Under the pieces are notes generated by a model. It was not told where the DNA came from. It ran no database searches and saw only the letters and a program-made list of their open reading frames with translations. A stretch of DNA of 64,000 nucleotides, from the NCBI GenBank assembly GCA_040755995.1, contig JBFMAF010000008.1, forward strand, positions 64,001 to 128,000, in the 5' to 3' direction. A program made the position numbers and the translations under genes. Numbering within the stretch: position 1 is the first letter of the stretch; the number at the start of each line of letters is the position of its first letter. Positions 46,901 through 56,868 of the stretch are shown here, one piece after another. This DNA comes from Acidobacteriota bacterium. GTDB lineage: Bacteria; Acidobacteriota; CAIWXX01.

Positions 46901-47169
46901 TCAAACACAGTGAATGCGACTCCGTCGAACCGGGCCAGCCCATCCTGCGTGCCTAGCCAGAGATAGCCATCGTGAGTCTGAACAATGGCAGTGACCGTGT
47001 TCTGAGGCAGCCCGTCATCCGTAAGCCAAACACGATGTACATACTGGCTAGGCGGCCTGCTCGGGTCCAGTGCGTCGGCGGCATGGGCAAAAGACAGCAA
47101 CGCGATCACGAACCTGAACGCCCGATGCAAACACCTCATGCTCGCGCGCACGCACGAGTCGAAGTGCAT
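43948..47169 (-). CDS. Membrane Ser/Thr kinase with extracytoplasmic Reg_prop beta-propellers and Y_Y_Y domain
   Basis: DGL..N.V..I.ED..G.LWIGT repeats, YTNIPPGRYTF (Y_Y_Y), TM after PPIWRTWW, then GGMGTVY, HRDLKPDN, DFG, YMSPE. Confidence 0.9.
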   Translation of the reverse strand: MHFDSCVRASMRCLHRAFRFVIALLSFAHAADALDPSRPPSQYVHRVWLTDDGLPQNTVTAIVQTHDGYLWLGTQDGLARFDGVAFTVFDRSNTNGMAGNHVTALYEDRRRTLWIGTRSGLTTFANGRFNRFTLGADVPAESVEEVIEDSEGRIWIGTVGRGLIGIEEGSADRPRELRVPFPRDVSAICEGPDGDLWLGSSSGLFRMHAGVVREYGIADGFTRVPVRAIAPDRNGNLWIGTDKGIARYRDGRFAFYTTRDGLSSDLVTALLEDRDGNIWISTESGGVSRLANGRFSTFDRAAGLSGNGALALMEDRERSLWIGTYFGLNQLRDGKIVTYTTADGLPDNFVWGICEDQQGALWISTNGGLSRYQNGEFRNFGTRDGLSSALTTTAHSDRQGNVWVGTYDGGLNRLRDGRFEVFSTANGFTDKEVRCFAEGADGSLWIGTAKGGLYRYRDGRFETVGDDQGLSETLVLSMCVAPDRTLWLGLGDGRLLSYAGGRFRTYAKGEGMPGDRVLVIHRDAEGVVWIGTEGGGLLRLRHGQLVNYTTAAGLIDSAIFAVVEDASENLWLSSNRGLSCISKRQLNEFAEGKLERVVPLTFGTDDGMRSREGTGGYQSTGCRTRDGRLWFATTIGIVLVDPKRLHLNPVAPPVHIERIALDGFDEGWQHPVYIKPGVGKVEISYTALSFVSPGRVRLKYQLAGFDRDWTGPRKDRSAVYTNIPPGRYTFQVTACNSDGVWNDTGDSIGIIVLPPIWRTWWFILFALLAFSGLSYIIIHSLRRYLSLIAFWKKQKCVGHYQLTTKIATGGMGTVYRAVDLMLRSRIVALKLMNEELATDEKERKRLRREAFIIDQLDHPNVVKVVERGEHEQRPYVAMELLAGVTLSAKIAAGGFSDTDASLHVMIQIASALANIHSKDIIHRDLKPDNIMLVTSGEDPNFVKLLDFGLARMQSSTRLTQTGTMVGTLYYMSPEQVRGKPADSRSDVYMLGVLFYELLTLRRPFEADTPVGLIMQVLESTPLRPTDLAPNLPVDLERLILAMIDRDPESRPSAQEVLRELERVRAGRGDAASR

Positions 47170-47318
47170 TCCTCTCCCGGCTTTCACGTGCCACCCGCTG
47201 GTCTTCCCGCATTCTACCATGATTCCCGTCTCGCGCCGGGACGGTAGTCGCCGGGCTCGTCGCACGATGTATGATATGCGTCTGCGATCATGAGCGAGAC
47301 GCCGAGGCCGGTTCGGAG

Positions 47319-47888
47319 ATGAACCCACTGGAGATCGCCACCTTCGTCTTCGGGCTGCTGTCGGTCTGGCTCACCGTCCGGCAGAACATATGGTGCTGGC
47401 CGACTGGAATCACGATGGTTCTCTGCTACGGCGTCCTTGCATTCCAGGTTCGTCTCTACTCCGATGTCGGACTGCAGATGATCTACCTTGTGATGCAGAT
47501 CTATGGCTGGTATCACTGGCTCCATGGCGGGCGCGACCGGGGGACGCTTCCTGTCACGAGGCTCGGGCTGTGGCTGCTCGTGGCATGGATTCTGATCGGG
47601 CTCGCGGGCGCAGGCTTTCTGGGGCTGGTGATGTCGACGCGCACCGATGCCGACCTGCCTTACTGGAATGCCACCACTACCACACTCTCGCTCGTCGCAC
47701 AGTGGCTCCTGGCCAGGAAGAAGCTGGAGTCATGGGCCGCCTGGATCACCGTCGATGTGCTATACATAGGCGTGTTCGTAACGAAGAGGCTGTACCTCAT
47801 GGCCTGCCTTTACGCCGTGTTCCTGGCAATGTGCGGAGTGGGATTCTACGAGTGGAGGAGATCAGCACGAGAAGCGGCAGCGGCCTGA
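47319..47888 (+). CDS. pnuC: Nicotinamide riboside transporter PnuC
   Basis: WCWPTG, YGWYHW, AQWLLARKKLESW motifs. Confidence 0.9.
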   Translation: MNPLEIATFVFGLLSVWLTVRQNIWCWPTGITMVLCYGVLAFQVRLYSDVGLQMIYLVMQIYGWYHWLHGGRDRGTLPVTRLGLWLLVAWILIGLAGAGFLGLVMSTRTDADLPYWNATTTTLSLVAQWLLARKKLESWAAWITVDVLYIGVFVTKRLYLMACLYAVFLAMCGVGFYEWRRSAREAAAA

Positions 47889-48961
47889 TCATCGGCAAGT
47901 TCATGCCCCCGCACCTGGGCCACCAGTACCTTGTCGACTTCGCGCGGGAGCAGGTGGATCGGCTCACCGTGCTGGTGTGTTCGATCGCGGCCGAGCCCAT
48001 CCCAGGAACGCTTCGCTGCAAGTGGATGCGGGAGATGTTCCCGGACGTGGACGTGGTCCACGTGACGGACGAGAATCCGCAGGAACCGCATGAGCATTCG
48101 GAGTTCTGGCAGATCTGGCTCGATACCATCCGCCGCGTTGTGCCACGCGGGCCCGACTACCTGTTCGCATCCGAGGACTACGGCTGGAAGCTGTCGGATA
48201 TGCTCGGCGCCCAGTACGTGCCCGTCGACCACGCCCGCAGCCTCGTGCCGATCTCCGGTTCGCGGCTGCGCGAACGGCCGATGGAGAACTGGGGGTTCAT
48301 CCCGCCGTGCGTGCGCCCGCACTTCGCCCGTCGCGTGTGCGTGTTCGGACCCGAATCCACCGGCAAGAGCACGCTGGCCCGCCGGCTGGCAGAGCATTAC
48401 CAGACGGTCTACGCCGCGGAGTACGCTCGAGGACTGCTCGACTTCAAGCACGGGCGATGCGACTTCGATGACATCCCGAGGATCGCGCGAGGGCACGTAG
48501 CATCGGAAGAGGCGCTGGCGCGGCAGGCCAACCGCGTGCTCTTCTGCGATACCGACCTGATCACGACCGTGATCTGGAGCGAGATTCTGTTCGGCGAATG
48601 CCCCGAGTGGATTCGTCGAGAAGCCGATCGCCGCGGCTACGATCTCTACCTGCTCATGGACATCGATACGCCATGGGTTCCGGATCCACAGAGGTATCTG
48701 CCGAACGATCGCGAGAGCTTCCTCGCCCGCTGCGAAGCCGAGCTTACGTCGCGCGGGCGGGCGTATGTCAAGATCGGCGGATCGTGGACTGAGCGGTTTC
48801 GCAGGGCGTGCGAGGCTGTGGAGCCGTTGCTGTCGGATCGATGGCGGCCCGCGGAGCGCCCTACCGCCTTGCGGAAACCGCCGGGTCAGACCGAGCGCCG
48901 GGATGAGCGTAAATCGGGGAGTCGATCTCCCGGATGCGCCGATGGTATTCCTGGGCGGTGA
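47852..48961 (+). CDS. nadR: NadR-like NMN adenylyltransferase / ribosylnicotinamide kinase (no HTH)
   Basis: GKFMPPHLGH, ISGS, GPESTGKST, EYAR and FCDTD motifs; start approximate. Confidence 0.88.
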   Translation: MEEISTRSGSGLIIGKFMPPHLGHQYLVDFAREQVDRLTVLVCSIAAEPIPGTLRCKWMREMFPDVDVVHVTDENPQEPHEHSEFWQIWLDTIRRVVPRGPDYLFASEDYGWKLSDMLGAQYVPVDHARSLVPISGSRLRERPMENWGFIPPCVRPHFARRVCVFGPESTGKSTLARRLAEHYQTVYAAEYARGLLDFKHGRCDFDDIPRIARGHVASEEALARQANRVLFCDTDLITTVIWSEILFGECPEWIRREADRRGYDLYLLMDIDTPWVPDPQRYLPNDRESFLARCEAELTSRGRAYVKIGGSWTERFRRACEAVEPLLSDRWRPAERPTALRKPPGQTERRDERKSGSRSPGCADGIPGR

Positions 48962-49961
48962 TCGTGTTCTGCCAGCACCCAGTGAGTCGCGCGGCGCCCA
49001 CGCCGAGCATGAAGAGTAGCACTACCGCGGCCGCGAACTCCGCAAACGACAGGCTGTGCCCGATCCCCGCCGTGCGCACGCGCAAGGCGGGTGTCACCGG
49101 GCAGACGGCGACGCAGTCGAGGCAACCTGTGCACTCGACGGAACGGACGTCCTTCACCTTGTCGACAGGCAGGTAGGAAGGACAGGCGACCGCGCATTTC
49201 CCGCAGTCGATACACGTCTCCTCATCGCGGCGCACAGTCGTGGGACTGATACGGCTGAAGAAACCCAGCAATGCACCGTATGGGCAGAGATAGCGGCACC
49301 AGAAGTTCTTGATGATGATCGAGAGCAACGCGAGGACGACGACGGTCTTGAGCGCGAACGGACTGATGCGCGCGAAAAACATATACATCTTGACGTCGGC
49401 CACGCGATTATACGGGCTGTCGATGAACGACTGTATCGCAAGCGCATCCATGGCCCAGAAGATCGCGTAGAGGAAGAAGAGAAGGAGCAGGTACTTGAGT
49501 GCGCGAGGCGGGATGTCAATCCACCTCCACGGAGCGACGCTGCGCCGGAAGAAGAAGCGGCCCAGTTTCCACAGGTACTCGCTCAGGGCTCCGACCGGAC
49601 AGATCCAGCTGCAGAAAGACTTGCGAAGCAGCCAGGAGATCGCCACGAAGACGATCAGCAACACGGTGGCCGCCGGGTGGATTGTGTTGAGCTCACCGGT
49701 GCTCGCCCAGTGCCTGATGCCGATCAAGCCGCTGATGGGCAGGAACCCTTCGACGCCGGGCGGGCGTTCCGGAAGCGAAACGAATTCATCCGGTCGTGCG
49801 CTTTCGGCCATGCTGACGAAACGATGGAATTCCCATCCGATCCAGATCACCAGGACGAGGAACGCGAACTGTACGATCCAGCGGGTCGGATTAATGCCGA
49901 AGACGCTTTGCAGCCAAAGCCGCCATCCCCTGGGCTTCGGCTTCAACAGGCTCTTGTCCAC
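48861..49961 (-). CDS. Membrane 4Fe-4S-binding protein (NapH/MauN/YccM-like)
   Basis: FCSWICPVG, WCRYLCPYG, CIDCGKCAVACP and CTGCLDCVAVCP, plus TM helices. Confidence 0.88.
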   Translation of the reverse strand: MDKSLLKPKPRGWRLWLQSVFGINPTRWIVQFAFLVLVIWIGWEFHRFVSMAESARPDEFVSLPERPPGVEGFLPISGLIGIRHWASTGELNTIHPAATVLLIVFVAISWLLRKSFCSWICPVGALSEYLWKLGRFFFRRSVAPWRWIDIPPRALKYLLLLFFLYAIFWAMDALAIQSFIDSPYNRVADVKMYMFFARISPFALKTVVVLALLSIIIKNFWCRYLCPYGALLGFFSRISPTTVRRDEETCIDCGKCAVACPSYLPVDKVKDVRSVECTGCLDCVAVCPVTPALRVRTAGIGHSLSFAEFAAAVVLLFMLGVGAARLTGCWQNTITAQEYHRRIREIDSPIYAHPGARSDPAVSARR

Positions 49962-50192
49962 CTTACAATCATAGCCTCACACATGATACCGCACCTTGAC
50001 TTGGATCAAGCCCGAACGGTGCCTCATTGGCCTGAATTCGTGCCCGTTCCCGATCCCGACCGGGTAGGCGTACGGGTACCGGTCTTCGGCCTGGCTACGG
50101 CGCAGGGGTCATGGCTGATCGGTCCGACCGGCCACCTGTTGTTTGCATTGCGTCGACCTCGAAACTACACTCAGCGCGGATCGAGTGATGTG

Positions 50193-51518
50193 ATGATTCT
50201 GAGCCGTGTGCATCGAGCGCTGCGGGCGGCACGATCGTGGCTGAAAGGGTGGTCGGCCGCCAGGGACAGGCAATACCACCAGTCGGTTTTCGCGATGCAG
50301 AACTACGATCCGTTCACCGATTCGTACATGGGCTACGTGACGATCAGGCGGTTCGCCGACCTGGTGTCTCCACATCTGGCCGGGTGCTCCACGGCGCTCG
50401 ATCTCGGCTGCGGCGTCGGGGAGATCACTTGCGAGCTGGCACGCCGTCATAGGGACATCTCGTTCTTGGGCGTTGATCACAGCGAGACGGGCGTGGCGCG
50501 GGCCCGAGAGAACGCTCGACGGCTGGAGTTGACGAACGTTTCATTCGAGGTCGGCGATGTCGAGACCTTCGAACCGCCACGCGCCACAGACATCGTTCTC
50601 ATGTTCGACGCATTCCATCACCTGACCGGCCCGGCCCGGTTTGTGCAGCGGATGAGGGGGTTCGCACCGCGATTTGCGCTCATCGAGCCCCATGGAGACT
50701 GGAAGGGGACATGGCGCAAGGACCTCGACTTCGATTGGCTAGTCGCCGAAATGGAGAAGATACGCAGTCGGATTGCATATGTCACGCTGGAGAGGGATGA
50801 GCCGTGTGATGCGCCTGCACCGCGGGAGGTTTCGGAAGGAGACCCGACGGAGCACCGATACTCGCTGCACGAATTCGAGACGTTTTTCGCCGGCATGTCG
50901 ATGAGCATACGCGGCACGGTGGCCGGGCTCGAGACATACCCGCCCGACCCACACCGCAGAAGCCCCACGCGGCAGATGCAGGGACGAGTGATGTATGAGA
51001 TGCTGAAGGAGCTGGATGAGATGCTGGTGGAGCGCGACCTCGACCTGCTCGCCAAGCACTGGCTGATCTACGCGAAACGCGGCGCGCCGAAGGAGCCGCG
51101 CCGGGTGCCACCCGCAATCCTCGAGCCGGCCGTGCCCGCAGGACTCGAAGGGCCCTACGACGTCGACTATGTGTCCTTCGACGGTCCAGCCGAAGTGCAG
51201 GCTGATGAGGTCTTCAGAGCGCTGGTCGGCCTGAGGAATCGAAGCTACAGACTGTGGTCCTCTTACGAGCAGGAAAACCCGGTCAAGGTCAGCTACCACT
51301 GGTTCGCCGGGTCGGGTTCGATGGTGATCGAGGATGGCACGCGAACCGCACTACCGCGGGCGCTCGCTCCGGGCGACGAGTGCTCGATCGAGATGACGAT
51401 CGCCGCTCCATCGGTGCCCGGCAAGTATGTCCTGGCCATCGATCTGGTGCACGAGGGCGTCACCTGGTTCAGCCAGGCCGGGAGCCCATGCCGCAGGATT
51501 CCAGTTCGTGTGCGGTGA
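50193..51518 (+). CDS. Class I SAM methyltransferase with C-terminal Ig-like domain
   Basis: LDLGCGVG, GVDHS, DAFHH; C-terminal VSYHW..PGKYVLAIDLVHEGVTWFS; start approximate. Confidence 0.78.
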   Translation: MILSRVHRALRAARSWLKGWSAARDRQYHQSVFAMQNYDPFTDSYMGYVTIRRFADLVSPHLAGCSTALDLGCGVGEITCELARRHRDISFLGVDHSETGVARARENARRLELTNVSFEVGDVETFEPPRATDIVLMFDAFHHLTGPARFVQRMRGFAPRFALIEPHGDWKGTWRKDLDFDWLVAEMEKIRSRIAYVTLERDEPCDAPAPREVSEGDPTEHRYSLHEFETFFAGMSMSIRGTVAGLETYPPDPHRRSPTRQMQGRVMYEMLKELDEMLVERDLDLLAKHWLIYAKRGAPKEPRRVPPAILEPAVPAGLEGPYDVDYVSFDGPAEVQADEVFRALVGLRNRSYRLWSSYEQENPVKVSYHWFAGSGSMVIEDGTRTALPRALAPGDECSIEMTIAAPSVPGKYVLAIDLVHEGVTWFSQAGSPCRRIPVRVR

Positions 51519-51533
51519 GAGGAGGCGGACGAG

Positions 51534-52274
51534 ATGGTCGAATGGTACGAGGACGAGCGGTTCTGGACCGTGCTCTACCCGTTCTTGTTCCCGGCGGAAC
51601 GCTGGGCATCGGCCGAAGCCGAGGTCGACAGGATACTCGCGATGGTCAACATCCAATCCGGATTCGCTCTTGACCTCTGCTGCGGGCCGGGAAGGCACTC
51701 GGTAGCTCTGGCGAAGCGCGGCTTGAAGGTGACCGGCGTCGATCGAAGCCCGTTTCTTCTCGAGCGCGCGAGGGAGAACGGCGGGCGCGCGGGGTTGGAA
51801 GTCGAGTGGGTGCGGGAAGACATGCGGCGCTTCGTACGAGAGAACGCATTCGATCTTGTGCTGAACTTCTTCACATCATTCGGGTATTTCGACGACAGGA
51901 ACGAAGACGTTAGAGTCCTGGAGAACGTGCACCGGAGCCTCAAGCCCGGCGGGGCTCTCGTGATGGATCTCGTGGGCAAGGAATGGGTGGCCAAGGTCTT
52001 TCAGCCGACCACATCGGAGAAGCTTCCAGACGGGAGCCTTCTGATTCAAAGGCATGAGATCATCGACGAATGGTCTCGGATTCGGAACGAGTGGATCGTC
52101 ATCCAGGATGAGCGCGTCACATCGTTCTCATTCCAGCACACGATTTACAGCGGCCAGGAGCTCAAGGACCGTCTCGCGCGCGCCGGATTCGGGAACATCA
52201 GGCTCTACGGCAACCTGCAGGGGAAGGAGTACGGGCCGGATGCCGAGCGGCTGGTCGCTGTGGCGCGGAGATAG
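51534..52274 (+). CDS. Class I SAM-dependent methyltransferase
   Basis: LDLCCGPGRH, FTSFGYF and LKPGG motifs. Confidence 0.9.
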   Translation: MVEWYEDERFWTVLYPFLFPAERWASAEAEVDRILAMVNIQSGFALDLCCGPGRHSVALAKRGLKVTGVDRSPFLLERARENGGRAGLEVEWVREDMRRFVRENAFDLVLNFFTSFGYFDDRNEDVRVLENVHRSLKPGGALVMDLVGKEWVAKVFQPTTSEKLPDGSLLIQRHEIIDEWSRIRNEWIVIQDERVTSFSFQHTIYSGQELKDRLARAGFGNIRLYGNLQGKEYGPDAERLVAVARR

Positions 52275-52339
52275 TCGAGAGGATTCCTCTACCCTGAGCT
52301 GACGGTCGTCCGCTCGTCCCGCCGGCTTCAGTAGTCACA

Positions 52340-52373
52340 GACGCGGTGACGCGGCGACCCGGAGACGCGGAGA
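52340..52373. repeat. Tandem GACGCGGN octamer repeat
   Basis: gacgcggt-gacgcggc-gacccgga-gacgcgga between convergent genes; related units at 33726, 34254 and 58390. Confidence 0.6.
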
Positions 52374-52459
52374 ATCCGGGGATCGAGGAGACGGAGAGAG
52401 GCACCGTGACGCGGAGACACGCCATGCCGCGCCCGGGAGGCGGTGCGTCCTGCCTGGCC

Positions 52460-52933
52460 TCAGGCGTTCTTCAGCATGGCGATCTGGCCGGCGTGATACG
52501 CGCTGTGAGCGATGATGCCGTGGACTGTGGTGGCCACGGACACGCCGCCGCCGGTCTCTAGATTCCTCTCACCGCCGAGCCGTTCCTCCAATCGCGCGTC
52601 GCTGAGTCGCCCGAGCGAACGCCTCAGACTCTCGTGTACCTCCTCCAGATGACGCAGCGTGTCCTTCCACGACTGGGGATCGGTCTGCGCGATCTCGGGC
52701 CAGTCGCCTTCTTCGGGCAGGTCCACGACACCCGTGTCGAGCCGCCTCGCCACCGCACCTTCCCACGCCGCCACATGGAGCACGATTTCCCAGATGCTGT
52801 GACCGTTCGGAATCGGCCTCGCGGCGGCCTTCTCTGCCGTGACTCCGTCGATGATCTTCTTCAATGGATGCCCGTGCCACGGATCTCCATCCCATACTCT
52901 GTCGAACTGATCTATCAGCCTCGGCATTTCCAT
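52460..52933 (-). CDS. DinB-family protein
   Basis: WHG, HSIWEIVLH and HSAYHAGQI motifs. Confidence 0.88.
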   Translation of the reverse strand: MEMPRLIDQFDRVWDGDPWHGHPLKKIIDGVTAEKAAARPIPNGHSIWEIVLHVAAWEGAVARRLDTGVVDLPEEGDWPEIAQTDPQSWKDTLRHLEEVHESLRRSLGRLSDARLEERLGGERNLETGGGVSVATTVHGIIAHSAYHAGQIAMLKNA

Positions 52934-53010
52934 TGCTCGCCCCCCCGCCATTCCCGGCGATGCTTCAGCTCACCCGCGTGTCTGGCGTCGCGCATTCAGA
53001 AAGCTCCAGG

Positions 53011-54300
53011 TCATCGCGCGGCCAGTTGCTTGTCGCAGACCGCGCGAATCACGCGGAGGAAGTTGCCGCCGAGGATCTTCTTGATGTCGTCTTCGGTGTA
53101 GCCGCGGGCGGCTAGCTCGCTGGTGATGGCTTCGAGCTTGCCGGCGTTTTCCAGGCCGACAGGTGTTGAGCCGATGCCGTCGTAGTCCGATCCGAGTCCG
53201 ACGTGATCGGCGTCGCCCATCACCTTCACGGCGTGATCGATGTGGTCTACGAGGAGCTTGACGTCCACCGGCGGGAAGCCCTTCCTCGCCTCCTCGAAGC
53301 GCGCCTTGAGCTCCTTCTCGAATTCCTCCCGCTTCTGCGGCTCCGCCTTTTCTATCTCGCGCCAGCTCGGAGGCAGCCCGTGCTTCTTCGCGACTTCCGC
53401 CAGAAGCTCCTCCTGTTTCTTGCTCAGCTCTGCATTCAGGAAGCCCGGAGCGAAGTTGATGCCGATGACCCCACCGTTCGTCGCCAGCGCCTTCAGCATC
53501 TCGTCGCTCAGGTTGCGGTGATGATTCGATAGCGCTCGGCAACAGGAGTGCGACGCCACCACCGGCGAATCGGTGATTCGAAGCACGTCCCAGAAGGTCT
53601 CGTCGTGCACGTGTGAGATGTCGATGATCATGCCGAGCCGGTTCATCTCGCGGACGATCCTCTCGCCCAGCTCGGTCAGGCCGCAGAACTCGGCCTTCTC
53701 ATCCCCCGATGCATCGGCCCAGTCGGTCCTGTTCCAATGAGTGAGCGTCATGATGCGCACGCCCCGGTCGTAGAAGTGGTTCAGCTTCGCAAGATCGTTC
53801 TCGATCCCATAGCCACCCTCGATGCCTATGAGCATGCCGATTCTGCCGGTCTTCTGCGCAGCCGCGTATTCGTCGAACGATCGCACAAGAGCGAGATCAT
53901 GCGGATTCTGTCCGACGAGCCGATACACGGCGTCGATCTGAGTTTCGATGCGTCCGGCGGCGGTCTTCTTCTCCTCCTCGTTCTCGGGCGGACCGACGAA
54001 ACAGGCGAACACCTGGAGGTCCACACCTCCGCGCTTCAGCTTCGGGATGTCGATGTGCCCCTCCGGCAGCTCTTTGCGGAGATCCTCCCCGTCGATGAAC
54101 CGGCTGATCGCGTCGCAGTGGAAGTCCACGATCATTGCATCTCGATGGACTGACGCGACCTTGTCAGCCGGAACGGCAACCTTCTCCGAGGCAGGAGCCT
54201 TTCCGCCGAGCACAAGTGCGAGCATCATAGCGGATGAGAGGGAGATGCACGAGACAGTGAGGTGGGTCGAGTCGGATCGTTCTGGCTCTTCGGTTCGCAT
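53011..54300 (-). CDS. Membrane dipeptidase (peptidase M19)
   Basis: DFHCD, GIEGG, DISH, ASHS and GLGSDYDG; only the 3' ~430 codons of the 1172-aa track ORF are real. Confidence 0.9.
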   Translation of the reverse strand: MRTEEPERSDSTHLTVSCISLSSAMMLALVLGGKAPASEKVAVPADKVASVHRDAMIVDFHCDAISRFIDGEDLRKELPEGHIDIPKLKRGGVDLQVFACFVGPPENEEEKKTAAGRIETQIDAVYRLVGQNPHDLALVRSFDEYAAAQKTGRIGMLIGIEGGYGIENDLAKLNHFYDRGVRIMTLTHWNRTDWADASGDEKAEFCGLTELGERIVREMNRLGMIIDISHVHDETFWDVLRITDSPVVASHSCCRALSNHHRNLSDEMLKALATNGGVIGINFAPGFLNAELSKKQEELLAEVAKKHGLPPSWREIEKAEPQKREEFEKELKARFEEARKGFPPVDVKLLVDHIDHAVKVMGDADHVGLGSDYDGIGSTPVGLENAGKLEAITSELAARGYTEDDIKKILGGNFLRVIRAVCDKQLAAR

Positions 54301-54492
54301 ATTCGTCTCCACGTTTGCTCTTCTGCCCATCACCAAGGTGAGACAGTCTACTCCAAAGGGTACGGGAAGCGCGAGCCTTGACAGAGATGGTCGGCCCAAA
54401 GATACTGCGCAGGTGTCTTGCGAACGCCTTGGCGAGGGCCCGGCATGCTGTATGACTGAGCCGCTGTCGGAACCTGCCCGACTTGGCGACAA

Positions 54493-56715
54493 GTGATGAG
54501 AGCGCTGGCGCGCCTGGCGATGTCGCTCGCGGTGTTGCTCAGCGCCGCGATCTGCGCCCACGCATCGCCGCCGCTGCGAATCGGGTTGGCTCTGGGTGGA
54601 GGGAGCGCGCGTGGAATCGCCCACGTCGGCGTGCTGGAGTGGCTCGAGCACAATCATGTGCCGATCGACTACGTCGCCGGAACCAGCATGGGCGGCCTGG
54701 TCGGCGGGGCATACGCCACGGGCATGACACCGGCGGAAATCCGGGAGATGCTGGCGGGGGTGGACTGGGACCTCATGTTTCTGCCGGACGTCCCGTTCAA
54801 ATCCAAAACGTTCCGCCGCAAGCAGGACTCGCGGGCGTTTCCCACGGCGATCGAGCTGGGTCTCAGAGGTGGAATCCGATTTCCGTCCGGGCTGAACTCG
54901 GGCCAGCAGGTGGAGCTGCTGCTCGACCGCATCGCGCTGCCGTGTTGGGACGCCGGGAGCTTCGACGAGCTGCCGGTGCCTTTCCGGTGCGTCGCCACGG
55001 ACCTGCGCCGTGTCGAGGCTGTGGCGCTCGACCGCGGCCCACTTGCACGCGCCCTGCGGGCTACCATGGCGATCCCGGGTGTGTTTGCGCCCGTCGAGAT
55101 CGACGGACGGACTCTGGTTGACGGCGGCGTGATCAACAACGTCCCGGCCGACGTCGTGCGCGCCATGGGGGCCGACATAGTCATCGCAGTCGACGTTGGC
55201 ATCGATCCGATGACGGCGGCGCAACAGCAGTCCCTCTTTGGAGTGCTCGGTCAGACGATCGACGCGATGATGCTCCCGAATGTACGGCAGTCGCTCGCGT
55301 GCGCTGACATCGTGGTCCGTCCGGACCTGAGGGGCCTCGGTTCCATCGACTGGAGGCGAAGCGACGAGATGGCAGACCGCGGCTACGCTGCAGCCGACAC
55401 ACTGCGGGACAGACTCTGTGCACTGTCGGTCGACGAGGGCACGTACAGCCATCGTGAAGAGCTGCGCACCGCCGTCCGGCGAAAGCCCCTGCCCTCCCCC
55501 GTCTCGCTCACGGTGACGGGTATCCGGCCGGCGGAGCAAGCTGAAGTCCGTCGACAGCTGCGCGGGTACCTGTCGCACGAGCTGCAGGTCGAGCGGCTCG
55601 CCGCGGATCTGACCGAGGTCACCGGCACGGAGCGATACGAAACCGCTACCTACTCCCTGTGCACGACGCCCGACGGACCGAACCTGATGGTGGATGTCCA
55701 TCCGAAGAGCCACGGCCCGCCGTTTCTGAACCTCGCCTTCGACCTCGGCACCACCTCCTCGGCCGACTTCACGGCAGCCCTGCGCGGGCGGATCACCACA
55801 TTCGACACGATCGGTTCGGAGTCCGAAATCCGGGCTGACTTCGGCCTCGGCACTGGGATCACGGGCGGAATCGAGCTCTACCGCCCCTTCAGCAAGGTGC
55901 GGCAGGGATTCTTCGTGGCGCCGAGGGCCACATTCGAGCAGCGGCTGCTTAACGGGTACGTCGGAGACGAGTTTCTCGCGCAATATCGATTCCGCCGGTC
56001 GGCAGGGGCGCTGGACGTCGGATTCGGCACGGGCGCCTGTACGGAGGTCCGCGCGGGTGTTGAGATCGCGGACGTGCGCCAGCGGGTGCGCATAGGCGAT
56101 CCCGTCCTCACGGAAATCGACGGCTGGGAGCGCTTCGTGCGCATCCAGTACGAGCGGGACGGGCAGACCAGCCCGTTGGTCCCGACCCGCGGGGTCCACG
56201 TCGTCGCTCAGCTCCGTCGCTACTACGGCGTCGCTGGCGCAAAGAGCGGCGACGAGCCGATTCGGGGTCCGGATCGGTTCTGGAGAGCGCAGGTCGACCT
56301 TTCCTGGTTCCACTCGGCGAGCCGCAGGAACCGCATGTTTGCGCTCTTCTCGGGCGGCACGTCGTTCTCCGCTCAACCGCTCCCGCCCAACGACTTCACG
56401 CTCGGCGGCCTTCTGCGGCTCAGCGCGCTCAACAACGACGAGTTGCGCGGCAGCCGTATGCTCTTCCTCGCCACCGGCTGGCTCCACCAGATCGGCCGCC
56501 TGCCGGATATGCTGGGCGGGCCCGTCCACGCATCGCTCTGGATCGAGGAGGGCTCGGCATTCGAGTCCTTCGATGGCGCACAGTTAAGAACGAACATCAC
56601 CGGCGGCATTATCTTCGAGACGCTCTTCGGCCCGTTCTTCATCGGGGAGAGCGGCGGCTTCGGAAACGGGGCTCAGTCGCGGTTCTACATCTCGCTGGGT
56701 CCTCTCTTCCGTTGA
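54493..56715 (+). CDS. Patatin-like phospholipase with C-terminal beta-barrel (PlpD / type Vd-like)
   Basis: Signal peptide, GGGSARG, GTSMG, DGG; amphipathic beta-strands ending FYISLGPLFR. Confidence 0.85.
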   Translation: MMRALARLAMSLAVLLSAAICAHASPPLRIGLALGGGSARGIAHVGVLEWLEHNHVPIDYVAGTSMGGLVGGAYATGMTPAEIREMLAGVDWDLMFLPDVPFKSKTFRRKQDSRAFPTAIELGLRGGIRFPSGLNSGQQVELLLDRIALPCWDAGSFDELPVPFRCVATDLRRVEAVALDRGPLARALRATMAIPGVFAPVEIDGRTLVDGGVINNVPADVVRAMGADIVIAVDVGIDPMTAAQQQSLFGVLGQTIDAMMLPNVRQSLACADIVVRPDLRGLGSIDWRRSDEMADRGYAAADTLRDRLCALSVDEGTYSHREELRTAVRRKPLPSPVSLTVTGIRPAEQAEVRRQLRGYLSHELQVERLAADLTEVTGTERYETATYSLCTTPDGPNLMVDVHPKSHGPPFLNLAFDLGTTSSADFTAALRGRITTFDTIGSESEIRADFGLGTGITGGIELYRPFSKVRQGFFVAPRATFEQRLLNGYVGDEFLAQYRFRRSAGALDVGFGTGACTEVRAGVEIADVRQRVRIGDPVLTEIDGWERFVRIQYERDGQTSPLVPTRGVHVVAQLRRYYGVAGAKSGDEPIRGPDRFWRAQVDLSWFHSASRRNRMFALFSGGTSFSAQPLPPNDFTLGGLLRLSALNNDELRGSRMLFLATGWLHQIGRLPDMLGGPVHASLWIEEGSAFESFDGAQLRTNITGGIIFETLFGPFFIGESGGFGNGAQSRFYISLGPLFR

Positions 56716-56868
56716 GCCGGCCCCCATTGCGCATGTGTACACAGACGTCTCCCCGGTGTACACCCGTCAGCAGACCAGGTCTCGCTCCCCCAGGCCGCCA
56801 CTCGGACGCCCCGCCGAAAACCGGCAAACATAATCCGTTGCAGGGCGCGACGTTCCGTGGTATTGTCC

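Noticed and set aside
49056..50192. N-terminal extension of the 820-aa ORF
   Set aside because: Mostly antisense to the 4Fe-4S membrane protein gene; methyltransferase motifs begin only after ~50190.
54301..56529. N-terminal ~740 aa of the 1172-aa minus-strand ORF
   Set aside because: Antisense shadow of the patatin gene; only the C-terminal dipeptidase part has motifs.
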